Source: Candidatus Altimarinota bacterium (GTDB taxonomy: Bacteria; Patescibacteriota; Gracilibacteria; CAIRYL01). Taken from it: a stretch of 64,000 bases of DNA. The stretch spans positions 1,184,001-1,248,000 of the forward strand of contig OZ252287.1 in NCBI GenBank assembly GCA_965250085.1. The letters are read 5' to 3'. Both the position numbers and the translations under genes were made by a program. Below the pieces are notes generated by a model. That model saw nothing but the letters and a program-made list of their open reading frames with translations. It ran no database searches and was not told the origin of the DNA. Position 1 is the first letter of the stretch; the number at the start of each line of letters is the position of its first letter. This document shows positions 9,013 to 17,406 of the stretch, piece after piece.

Positions 9013-10068
9013 TTAGAGAAAGTAGTTATGAACCGCAAAAGCGTATTGGTCGATAAATATTTTTTTAAAATACGAAAGACTATTTTGCTCATAAAAAAGC
9101 AAGCTTGCTTTTTTATATTCCACTTCATCCACCGCACGATACGACATAGGAATGCTCTGAAAAGCGAACAAAATAGCATTTGAAGTCATTCGTGCGGTTC
9201 TTTTGTTGCCATCTTCAAACGCTTGAATATAGGAAATAAGAAGCAACAGTAAAAAGGATTTTTCAAAAAACGATTCTCGACTCTTTACCAGTGCGATCAT
9301 TTTTTCAAAGGCTTCTTCAATTTGGTGCACATTATCCAGCGGACGATAATTGGTCCCCGTTATTCCCACTGGGTGTGATCGAAAATTTGGAGATATCGAA
9401 AGCTCTTTCGTGAGCACTCGATGAACATGCTCTATTTTCCTTTTGGAAAGAGTGAGGAATTCTTCTCTGTTTTGGAGAATCTCATTAAACGCATCTTTAT
9501 GATTCAAAATCATTTGGGTTTCTTCCTTGGTTTTTCCTGCTTCAGGGATATTTTCTTTGATCAGTCTTTCGGTACTCAAAAGGGAATAGGTATTCCCTTC
9601 TATTTGTGATGACTTCCAAGAAAATTCAATCAAGATGCGCTCAAACTCTTTGTTGATGATGGTTTGGCTGTCGTATTTAGAAAAATTGTTTACAAAGTTT
9701 TGGTGTAAATTTTCAAGTTCTTTTTTTTCGGCAGAGGTAAATATGTCTGTTTTGAGGAGATCAAATACTTCAAAATTAAAGTGGTGTTGTACAATTCGAT
9801 CATCATAGGGAGCAGCAAAATAAGGCTCTACATCTATTTCTTTAAAGATTTTATTGGCTTCGGAAATAAAATACACCGTATTTCGTCCCTTCCCTTTTTG
9901 AGAGATTTTTTGTTCCGCCAGCAAATAGCTCAGGTCTCTTTGGAGTGTCTTTTGTGAAACTTCAATTTTATATTTTTTAAGATCTGATAAAAGCTCAGAT
10001 GTGGCAATCTGTTTTTTTGAGGAAAGGATTTCCAGTACCAATTTTTTTCTCTCAGAGTTTTTATTCAT
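9013..10068 (-). CDS. Fic-domain protein with N-terminal winged HTH
   Basis: KTLQRDL...GKGRNTVY (wHTH), SSQIEGN, and Fic motif variant IQAFEDGNKRTAR. Confidence 0.92.
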   Translation of the reverse strand: MNKNSERKKLVLEILSSKKQIATSELLSDLKKYKIEVSQKTLQRDLSYLLAEQKISQKGKGRNTVYFISEANKIFKEIDVEPYFAAPYDDRIVQHHFNFEVFDLLKTDIFTSAEKKELENLHQNFVNNFSKYDSQTIINKEFERILIEFSWKSSQIEGNTYSLLSTERLIKENIPEAGKTKEETQMILNHKDAFNEILQNREEFLTLSKRKIEHVHRVLTKELSISPNFRSHPVGITGTNYRPLDNVHQIEEAFEKMIALVKSRESFFEKSFLLLLLISYIQAFEDGNKRTARMTSNAILFAFQSIPMSYRAVDEVEYKKASLLFYEQNSLSYFKKIFIDQYAFAVHNYFL

Positions 10069-10100
10069 ATTTGGAGAAGTTTTTGTGCGAGCAGTGTATC

Positions 10101-10210
10101 ATTAATCGCGACATTTTGAATAGAGAATCGCGACATTTTTTGATAAAAAATTATAAAAAGCTTTTTATACAGTCATTTAATCGCGACATTTTGAACAGGG
10201 GATCGCGACA
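10101..10210. promoter_or_regulatory. Putative operator array, 4x ATCGCGACA
   Basis: Copies at 10105, 10127, 10180 and 10202 (two pairs, each with a 22-bp period) upstream of the wHTH-Fic gene. Confidence 0.65.
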
Positions 10211-10229
10211 GCAATTTTTTTGAATTGGT

Positions 10230-10274
10230 GCTTTTTCCGATTTGGGAGTAGGTGACATCCACTATGTTTGGCAT
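10230..10274 (+). repeat. ~45-bp direct repeat, right flank of the fic gene
   Basis: See 8954-8997. Confidence 0.85.
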
Positions 10275-10326
10275 GAATTATTGGCTATTGTTCCTCAATA
10301 CAGATCTATAGAGTAAGAATACTTTT

Positions 10327-12108
10327 TTAATCTCCAATAAACCCACCTGCTTGCATTTCATAGAGTTTTTTATAATGACCATTTGGTTTTTTTACAAGTT
10401 CTTCATGGCTGCCCTGTTCAATGATCTTTCCCTGATCAAAGACCAAAATTCGATCTGCGTGTTTGATAGTAGAAAGTCGATGTGCAATCACAATAGTTGT
10501 CTTGCTCTTCATGAGCACTTTGAGGGCATCCTGAATATAGCTTTCTGATTCAGAATCGAGAGAACTCGTCGCTTCATCCAGTACCAATATAGGCGTATCT
10601 GCCAAAATAGCCCTGGCAATAGCCACTCGCTGTCTTTCTCCTCCGCTGAGTTTTACGCCTCGTTCTCCTACCAGAGTCTCATATCCTTCTGGTAATTTTT
10701 TTATAAATTCATGAGCATGTGCTTTTTTAGAAGCATCGATGATGTCTGCACTGCTTTTTTCAAGAGAAGCATATGCAATGTTATCTGCCAGACTTCGATG
10801 AAAAAGAATAGGATCCTGAGGGACCAGAGAAATAGACTCCCGCAAACTCTTCTGAGTTACCTCTGTAATATTTTGCCCATCTATGTTGATGCGTCCGCCT
10901 TGGATTTCATAAAACCTTTGAATGAGCTTTATAAGCGTAGACTTTCCACTTCCACTATGACCCACAAGTGCTACTTTCTCTCCTGGTGCAATGCAAAGGG
11001 AAAAATTCTCGAATACTGAATTTCCTTGATTGGGGTATTCAAAGGTAAGATTATTGCATTGTATACGCCCCTCAGTTATTTGAAGACTTTTGGCATTTGG
11101 TGTGTCCTGAATTTGTATGGGGGTCAGGCTATACTCTACCATTTCCTCCATATCATTCGCCGCTCGTTGCACCTCCCGAATCTGGTCGCCAATGTGTCTC
11201 AAATATCCAGACAGAAGTGCATATATTCCTATAACAAACACAAAATCTCCCACACTTGCTCTTCCTTTTGACCAGAGCCAGACTACCAGGCTGAACAAAC
11301 TGATTTTGATAATCGTCATAAGCAGATTTTGCAATGTCCCAGTGATATTAAATCGGACATACAAACGAAACAGCCTCTCTATCCAAATCTGAATTGCATG
11401 TGAGAAATTTTTATCTTCATATTTTTCTTTGGCAAAAGATTTTACCGTCATATTTCCCGTTATTGCGTCAGCCAATTGAGCCCCCACATGTGTATCGGAT
11501 TCAGCAAGGCTTCGGGCATTCGGAACAATAAAACGATTGGCAACCCAAATACTAAAGCTGATATATAATGCACTTCCAAATGTAAACAGAAGCCCCATTT
11601 CCGGCCACTTGATAAAAAGAAAGATGATAATAGCTATCATCAGAATTGAAGTCCTCACAAAGTGATTATAAAAACTATCACTAAATCGTTCCAAAGAACT
11701 TACTCCTCGTTTTATTTTGGTAACGATGGCTCCTGCAAAGCTATTACTGTGCCAGTCCATGCTAAAACGCTGGACAGTTGCAAACACATCAATAGCACTA
11801 TCCCGCAGAGAAGGACATTTGAGATACCAGTCATAAAAACTATGAGTAGCTTTGTTCGTAACATGAAAACATATACCTACGGAGGCTATGATGATCAAAT
11901 ATCGCCCCACAATCCAAAAAGCCTGAGGATCGCTCACAGGAGTCTGAGCAATTGTGTCTGTCATCCTCCCCATAAAATAGGGGAAAGACAGCTCGAGCAT
12001 GGCTTGCACAATAAGCAATACAATTACTCCGAGTACGGCCCAGGGATGTCGGCGATAATATTTCCAGACAAAAGCTCCGATGGTAGAAAATGTGATGCGA
12101 GATTTCAT
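10327..12108 (-). CDS. ABC exporter, fused permease and ATPase
   Basis: N-terminal TM helices; GHSGSGKST, LSGGERQR, LDEATSSLD and AHRLST motifs. Confidence 0.95.
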   Translation of the reverse strand: MKSRITFSTIGAFVWKYYRRHPWAVLGVIVLLIVQAMLELSFPYFMGRMTDTIAQTPVSDPQAFWIVGRYLIIIASVGICFHVTNKATHSFYDWYLKCPSLRDSAIDVFATVQRFSMDWHSNSFAGAIVTKIKRGVSSLERFSDSFYNHFVRTSILMIAIIIFLFIKWPEMGLLFTFGSALYISFSIWVANRFIVPNARSLAESDTHVGAQLADAITGNMTVKSFAKEKYEDKNFSHAIQIWIERLFRLYVRFNITGTLQNLLMTIIKISLFSLVVWLWSKGRASVGDFVFVIGIYALLSGYLRHIGDQIREVQRAANDMEEMVEYSLTPIQIQDTPNAKSLQITEGRIQCNNLTFEYPNQGNSVFENFSLCIAPGEKVALVGHSGSGKSTLIKLIQRFYEIQGGRINIDGQNITEVTQKSLRESISLVPQDPILFHRSLADNIAYASLEKSSADIIDASKKAHAHEFIKKLPEGYETLVGERGVKLSGGERQRVAIARAILADTPILVLDEATSSLDSESESYIQDALKVLMKSKTTIVIAHRLSTIKHADRILVFDQGKIIEQGSHEELVKKPNGHYKKLYEMQAGGFIGD

Positions 12109-12202
12109 GATAATTCCGGTCTATAAGCAATTTTGACGGAGTCTGCATGATACACTCTTTTGACATATTTCCCACCATCTTTTCCTTTGGTATACTTACA
12201 GC

Positions 12203-12625
12203 ATGCCCTACGAACTCAAAACACAGAAAAGCGATGCGAGCGCTACCAAATTCATTGATTCCCTTGAAGATGAGCAGAGGCGTACAGATTGTCATACGCT
12301 GCTCAAGCTGATGCAAAAGATCACAAAGGATGAGGGCAAGAGGTGGGGAGCGAATATTGTAGGATTTGGGAGTTATGACTACACGTATGCCAGTGGTCAT
12401 TCCGGCACCTGGTTTCAGTGCGGGTTTTCTCCACGAAAGCAAGCCATCTCACTTCATATCTCATGCTGTGATGTGAAGGCGCATGGAGATCTGCTCAAAA
12501 AACTTGGAAAAATTAAGCACGGAAAATCGTGCATCTATGTCAAAAAACTGGAAGATATTGATCTTAAGGTGCTGGAAAAAATAATTCGGAAGTCAATCAT
12601 GAAAAAATCGCATAAAAACCAGTGA
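12203..12625 (+). CDS. DUF1801 (YdhG-like) protein
   Basis: WGANIVGFGSYDY, GFSPRKQAISL, GKSCIYVKKLEDID. Confidence 0.88.
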   Translation: MPYELKTQKSDASATKFIDSLEDEQRRTDCHTLLKLMQKITKDEGKRWGANIVGFGSYDYTYASGHSGTWFQCGFSPRKQAISLHISCCDVKAHGDLLKKLGKIKHGKSCIYVKKLEDIDLKVLEKIIRKSIMKKSHKNQ

Positions 12626-12662
12626 AACCGCCTTTTCTTTGTAATCTATCTCTCTTATTTTT

Positions 12663-12696
12663 AAGTGTGCGCATTCGACCACTCTACCACTTCTCC
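12663..12696 (-). pseudogene. 5' half of a tRNA-Ser-like gene (fragment)
   Basis: Minus strand reads ggagaagtggtagagtggtcgaatgcgcacactt, versus ggagaggtggcagagtggtcgatcgcgcacgctt in the intact tRNA; similarity stops at the anticodon. Confidence 0.75.
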
Positions 12697-12860
12697 GCAT
12701 AAAAAATAGCCGTCCAATCATGAATATTTAGAACAAGAGATATGAGATAAGTATTTTTTTGGTATACTCTTTCACACAATCAGGCACCAAAACTGTTGAA
12801 AAATATCTCAAAAAGCTTCTATTAGATTAGTATGGCTATCTATAATTATTACTTTTATTT

Positions 12861-14162
12861 ATGAAACATAACGTGACAATAAAACCTCGGCAATTAGAAT
12901 TATCAATACAGGACAGGAAAAAAGTGGCTGAGGGTACCACCGAAGTTATTTTTGATATAGAGAGTAAAAACTTTACATTCAAACCAGGACAATATTTCCG
13001 TTTCACTATTCCTTCATTATCATTAGATGTGCCAAAAGGAAATACAAGAGATTTTACAATTGCTTCTTCTCCAAACACAAAAAAAACTCTATCCATAGCA
13101 TTCCGTAATTCTGATAGTGCATTTAAGAAATATATTTTAGACGCGCCTGTTGGTGCAAAAGTAAAAGCTCAAGGGCCGCTTGGAGTTTTTACGCTTCCAG
13201 AAGACTCTACTATTCCCATTGTTTTTATAGCGGGTGGTATTGGAGCCACGCCAGTATTGAGTATGATGCGTTTTGTTTCTGAGAATAACACAGGACACAA
13301 CATTCATGTTATCTACGCGAATTCGGGTGAAGAGCGTGTAGCATATATAGATGAAATAAAAGCTCTGGCAGAAAAGAATTCTAATATTCGTCTCACAGAG
13401 AAAATTGGCAGGATTGATGCTGAATTTATTAAAAAAAATATAGAATATACCGACAAAACACTATGGTATCTCTGCGGGGCACCAGAGATGGTGAGTACAA
13501 TAAATCAAGAACTCCCTGATGTTCTCAACATTTCTGATCTTAATATTCGTATAGAAGAATATGTTGGGTATTATAATAAAAACAGAGTTGATTATAAAGT
13601 TTTTTCATCGACCAGTGATGAGATTGTGGAACGTACAAAAGATGAAATATATTCCGATACAAGTCTTATTGAACCATTGCTTGCTGCGATTGGAGAAAGC
13701 TCTCTTTTCTCTATAACCAACTTACAAGGAACGATAGAATATGCTAATGAAAAGTTTATACAAGTTGCGAAATACTCCAAAGACGAACTCATTGGACAAA
13801 ATCACCGAATTCTTAAATCAGGATTTCATCCGCCGGAGTACTATATAAAACTCTGGAAGGCGGTTTCTTCGGGGAAGCTGTGGAGAGGAGAAATTAAAAA
13901 TCGAGCGAAAGATGGATCCTTTTATTGGGTTGACACAAGTATTAGCCCAATAAAAGGAAGTGATGGGAAAATAGAGGGATATCTTGCGGTTCGTTTTTTA
14001 ATCAACGACAAGAAAAAACTAGAAAAAGCTCTTAGAGAACTAGAAAAAGCGAAAACTGAAGCTGATAAAATAAATAAATTCGTGGTGAATAGAGAGTTAA
14101 AGATGATTGAGTTGAAAAAAGAAATTGAAGAGCTCAAAAAGGAAAATTTGCCCAAATCATGA
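12861..14162 (+). CDS. FNR-like FAD/NAD(P)H oxidoreductase fused to a PAS domain and C-terminal coiled coil
   Basis: FKPGQY, RDFTIASSP, IAGGIGATP, YLCGAPEM; then YANEKF...LIGQNHRILKSG...WRGEIKNRAKDGSFYWV (PAS/PAC). Confidence 0.88.
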   Translation: MKHNVTIKPRQLELSIQDRKKVAEGTTEVIFDIESKNFTFKPGQYFRFTIPSLSLDVPKGNTRDFTIASSPNTKKTLSIAFRNSDSAFKKYILDAPVGAKVKAQGPLGVFTLPEDSTIPIVFIAGGIGATPVLSMMRFVSENNTGHNIHVIYANSGEERVAYIDEIKALAEKNSNIRLTEKIGRIDAEFIKKNIEYTDKTLWYLCGAPEMVSTINQELPDVLNISDLNIRIEEYVGYYNKNRVDYKVFSSTSDEIVERTKDEIYSDTSLIEPLLAAIGESSLFSITNLQGTIEYANEKFIQVAKYSKDELIGQNHRILKSGFHPPEYYIKLWKAVSSGKLWRGEIKNRAKDGSFYWVDTSISPIKGSDGKIEGYLAVRFLINDKKKLEKALRELEKAKTEADKINKFVVNRELKMIELKKEIEELKKENLPKS

Positions 14163-14520
14163 AATTCGAGAGCAGTGCTTACCAATTCATAATAAGAAAC
14201 TTACGTATAAGTGGGGAAGGAAGTAGCAAGTAGTCAGTACTCAGTTCCTCATTTGCAGTTCGCAATTTGTAATTGATCACATTGGACGTTACAAGTTTAA
14301 TCTTTTTTTTAACGTTTTCGTAACATTTTTATCGCGAAATGGTATCAGAGTGAAAATTATGAAAACGGTAATACTTGTGATGGAATCAATTTTTTAAGTA
14401 TGTATTTCCCTCGTGTAAGGGATATATGCTATAATTTCTCAGATGATAACTCATAACTTATTATGAACAGGAGTATCGCCATCACATTTTTCTTGCTCTT
14501 TCCTCTTTCCTTTTTTCTTT

Positions 14521-15627
14521 ATGACATCTTGTTCATTTACCCCTTCTGATACTCCAAAAGTTGACCCTGATACATATAATGGACCAAAAGAAGTATCCAC
14601 ATTTGCCGGAGGGTGCTTTTGGTGTGTGGAGTCTGCATTTGACGACGAAGAAGGAGTGATAACAGCCATTTCTGGATATATAGGAGGAAAAGAAAAAGAT
14701 CCGACATACAAACAAGTCTCTGCTGGAAAGACTGGCCATGTCGAGTCAGTTCAGGTGACATATGATCCTACTATAATTCCATATTCAGATATCCTCAGTA
14801 TTTTCTGGCGACAAATAGATCCTACTGACGATGGAGGACAATTTGCCGATAGAGGCGTTCAATATAAAACAGCTATTTTTTATCACAATGAAAATCAAAA
14901 ACGCATTGCAGAAGGATCAAAACAAGATCTCGAAAACTCTGGCAGATATCAAAAATCTATTGTCACGCCAATTTTACCAGCTTCGGATTTCTATCCAGCA
15001 GAAGCTTATCATCAAGATTATCATGAAAAAAATCCAATCCGTTATAACTTTTATAGAAAAGGATCAGGACGTGATCAATATTTGGAAGAAATATGGGGGA
15101 GTCAGGAGAATGAAGAAAGTGTGTTTGATCCATCCTCCTCAATACAATCTGCATCACCTAAAGATTTTTCTGGGGAAGAGAAAGAATATTTCCGACCTAC
15201 AGATGAAGAAATAGAAGCAATGCTCACTCCTTTGCAATATGACGTAACACAAGAAGAGGGTACGGAGTCCGCTTTTAAGAATGAGTATAATAACAATAAA
15301 AAAGAGGGGATATATGTAGATATTATTTCTGGAGAACCGCTTTTTAGCTCTTTAGATAAATTTGATTCTGGAACTGGCTGGCCCAGTTTTACCAAGCCAC
15401 TTGCAAAAAACTATGTTGTTGAAAAATCTGACTATCGCCTTTTTATGAAGCGTACAGAAGTGCGAAGTAAATATGCAGACTCACATTTGGGCCATGTATT
15501 CCCTGATGGACCTGATTCTACAGGCCTCAGATATTGTGTTAACTCTGCAGCAATGAGGTTTATCCCCAAAGAAAATATGGAACAAGAAGGATATGGGGAG
15601 TATGCGATTTTGTTTGAAGAATCTTAA
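14521..15627 (+). CDS. msrAB: Peptide methionine sulfoxide reductase MsrA/MsrB fusion
   Basis: FAGGCFWC and AEAYHQDY (MsrA); [14 protein letters not shown] and RYCVNS (MsrB). A signal-peptide-like start at 14463 is out of frame by 1 nt. Confidence 0.95.
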   Translation: MTSCSFTPSDTPKVDPDTYNGPKEVSTFAGGCFWCVESAFDDEEGVITAISGYIGGKEKDPTYKQVSAGKTGHVESVQVTYDPTIIPYSDILSIFWRQIDPTDDGGQFADRGVQYKTAIFYHNENQKRIAEGSKQDLENSGRYQKSIVTPILPASDFYPAEAYHQDYHEKNPIRYNFYRKGSGRDQYLEEIWGSQENEESVFDPSSSIQSASPKDFSGEEKEYFRPTDEEIEAMLTPLQYDVTQEEGTESAFKNEYNNNKKEGIYVDIISGEPLFSSLDKFDSGTGWPSFTKPLAKNYVVEKSDYRLFMKRTEVRSKYADSHLGHVFPDGPDSTGLRYCVNSAAMRFIPKENMEQEGYGEYAILFEES

Positions 15628-15670
15628 AAGAAGTTGACATTTATTGTTAAAATATTAAAGTGTGGGATAC

Positions 15671-15748
15671 ATGATATCTATCAGGATGAAAATTGACTTA
15701 CGAATCATAGGAGCTAATAATATATCTGTGGTGGTCTCTGTCACGTAG
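15671..15748 (+). promoter_or_regulatory. Putative Ile/Val-rich leader peptide of a transcriptional attenuator
   Basis: MISIRMKIDLRIIGANNISVVVSVT*, downstream of TTGACA (15634) and TAAAGT (15656); followed by an antiterminator strand and a terminator. Confidence 0.6.
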
Positions 15749-15782
15749 TCTGGCGGAATCACTTTTCTTAATTTTAAAATTT

Positions 15783-15815
15783 AAAAGCTCCGCCAGGTTC
15801 TGGCGGAGCTTTTTT
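15783..15815 (+). terminator. Intrinsic terminator
   Basis: aaaagctccgccag-gtt-ctggcggagctttttt. Confidence 0.9.
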
Positions 15816-15856
15816 ATATTAAAACTTTTCTTTTTTATTCTTTTACTATTTTTTAC

Positions 15857-16249
15857 ATGATGGACACACCAAAAAGTTCAACAACCACTCCTTTGCAGAG
15901 AAGGGGAAAAAGAATGGGGGAACTTTTAGAAAATGTTTCCCCAAGACCGGATATACATATCCAACATGTTCGCGCACTTTCACGAGATGCAATACGACTT
16001 ACTGGAGCTATTGATTGCAGGCCTGACCCATGGCTTTCTTTAAGGTTATTGGTTGATGAACTAGGCTCGGTTCAAACGGCTTTACTAGAAATAGATCGTT
16101 GCAAAACAAGTGAATTTCCACCATTTCTACTTATAAAAAATGGGAAAATCTCAGAGTCAAATAATGACACTCCCATTCCTAGAGATTGTCCGGATGAAAC
16201 ATTCATTCCAAGAGCACTTTTTAAGGCTGTATTACAAAAGGCTACTTAA
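15857..16249 (+). CDS. Hypothetical (orphan) protein
   Basis: 130-aa ORF filling the gap after the terminator. Confidence 0.55.
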   Translation: MMDTPKSSTTTPLQRRGKRMGELLENVSPRPDIHIQHVRALSRDAIRLTGAIDCRPDPWLSLRLLVDELGSVQTALLEIDRCKTSEFPPFLLIKNGKISESNNDTPIPRDCPDETFIPRALFKAVLQKAT

Positions 16250-16349
16250 AAAATCAAAATTCTTTTTGACGACGGAAGTCCTAAGGAGTCATAATAAATT
16301 TGCTCGACTTTGTGCGATACCTCCTCGATGTATCAATTTCTCTAAGTTT

Positions 16350-16500
16350 CTAAGGGGATCATAGGTTTTGTGACGTGCGTGAGAGCTGTCCTGACCTTTC
16401 CCACCTGTACTATATCAGGGAAACGATCATGAGGGCATGCACGGCAGATGTGGAGCGTACAAGTAAAAAGAAGTTTCTCGTCAGGAGTCATATCCTTCGT
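16350..16500. ncRNA. Candidate structured non-coding RNA (class unknown, possibly 6S-like)
   Basis: GC-richer intergenic tract after TTGACG...CATAAT, with nested pairings gtgac/gtcat, tcctgac/gtcagga and tgtac/gtaca. Confidence 0.3.
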
Positions 16501-16563
16501 CAATCAGACTCGACATTTTGGGCTCTTTTGGGGAGAATAGGGGCTGGATTTTCAAGCAGTTTT

Positions 16564-17367
16564 ATGTCTACAGAGGTTTTTGTTGTTCTCTTTCTGATTT
16601 CACTCTGCGCAATAGCAGGAATGTTTTGGTGGAAAAATGATGAACTCAGAAGAGACACCCAGCAGCGGATAAAAAAAGCTCTTACGAAAGAAAAAGAATC
16701 CTCAGAGGAAAAAAATGCTCTGCGGAGCACAGAGCAAAAAAAAGAGCCATTAGATGTTGAAGATGAAGAACAGACTGAAACATCAGAAAAAACACTCAGC
16801 GCAGCGGAGAAAAAACAGATACTCCGAAGAGCAGAAGTTCTTCTTGCACGAGAGCGCAATAAAGATGCAGAAAAGCTCTTTATTCGAATCCTTTCTTTTG
16901 AACCTGAGCATCAAGTTGCTCTCCAGCGCCTTGCATATCTTTATTTACAAACAGGTTCTCATGCCAAGTCAGAGAGTTTGTACCGCCAACTGATAGATAT
17001 CGCTTCCAAAAACCCAGCAGTACACACTAATTTAGGACTCACCCTTTTTCACCAGAAAAAATTTGATGAATCCCTTGAGGCCTATACAAGAGCTATAGAA
17101 TTAGAACCTCACCGAGGAGCACGATATGCAAACTTGGGACAGGTATATTTTGTCACTCAAGACCTTGAGTCTGCTATCAAGTGTTTTCGCAGTGCAGTAC
17201 AGAAAGAGCCACGCAAGATCGAATTTCTCTATCTGCTCGCTGATGCCTGTCTGGAGGGTAAAAAATTTACAGAAGCACGTAAATGGTATGAACGGATATT
17301 GGACCTCTCTCCTTATGATGATGAAGCCAAAGAAGAAATCAGAAGACTCAAAAAACTGGGATTTTAG
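16564..17367 (+). CDS. Membrane-anchored TPR-repeat protein
   Basis: N-terminal TM helix from ATG 16564; TPR repeats such as AVHTNLGLTLFHQKKFDESLEAYTRAIELEP. Confidence 0.88.
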   Translation: MSTEVFVVLFLISLCAIAGMFWWKNDELRRDTQQRIKKALTKEKESSEEKNALRSTEQKKEPLDVEDEEQTETSEKTLSAAEKKQILRRAEVLLARERNKDAEKLFIRILSFEPEHQVALQRLAYLYLQTGSHAKSESLYRQLIDIASKNPAVHTNLGLTLFHQKKFDESLEAYTRAIELEPHRGARYANLGQVYFVTQDLESAIKCFRSAVQKEPRKIEFLYLLADACLEGKKFTEARKWYERILDLSPYDDEAKEEIRRLKKLGF

Positions 17368-17406
17368 AAAAATCACTCCTTGAAATTCATCGAACGAACT
17401 TCATTC

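Noticed and set aside
14187-14212. dif/Xer site (cataataagaaacttacgtataagt)
   Set aside because: Arm spacing and the XerD arm do not fit the 11-6-11 consensus.
16354-16380. tmRNA 5' end (ggggatc...gac)
   Set aside because: No T-arm/CCA 3' end or tag reading frame at a suitable distance.
16375-16563. N-terminal extension of the TPR ORF from GTG 16375
   Set aside because: The TM anchor begins right after ATG 16564; the upstream part is not protein-like.
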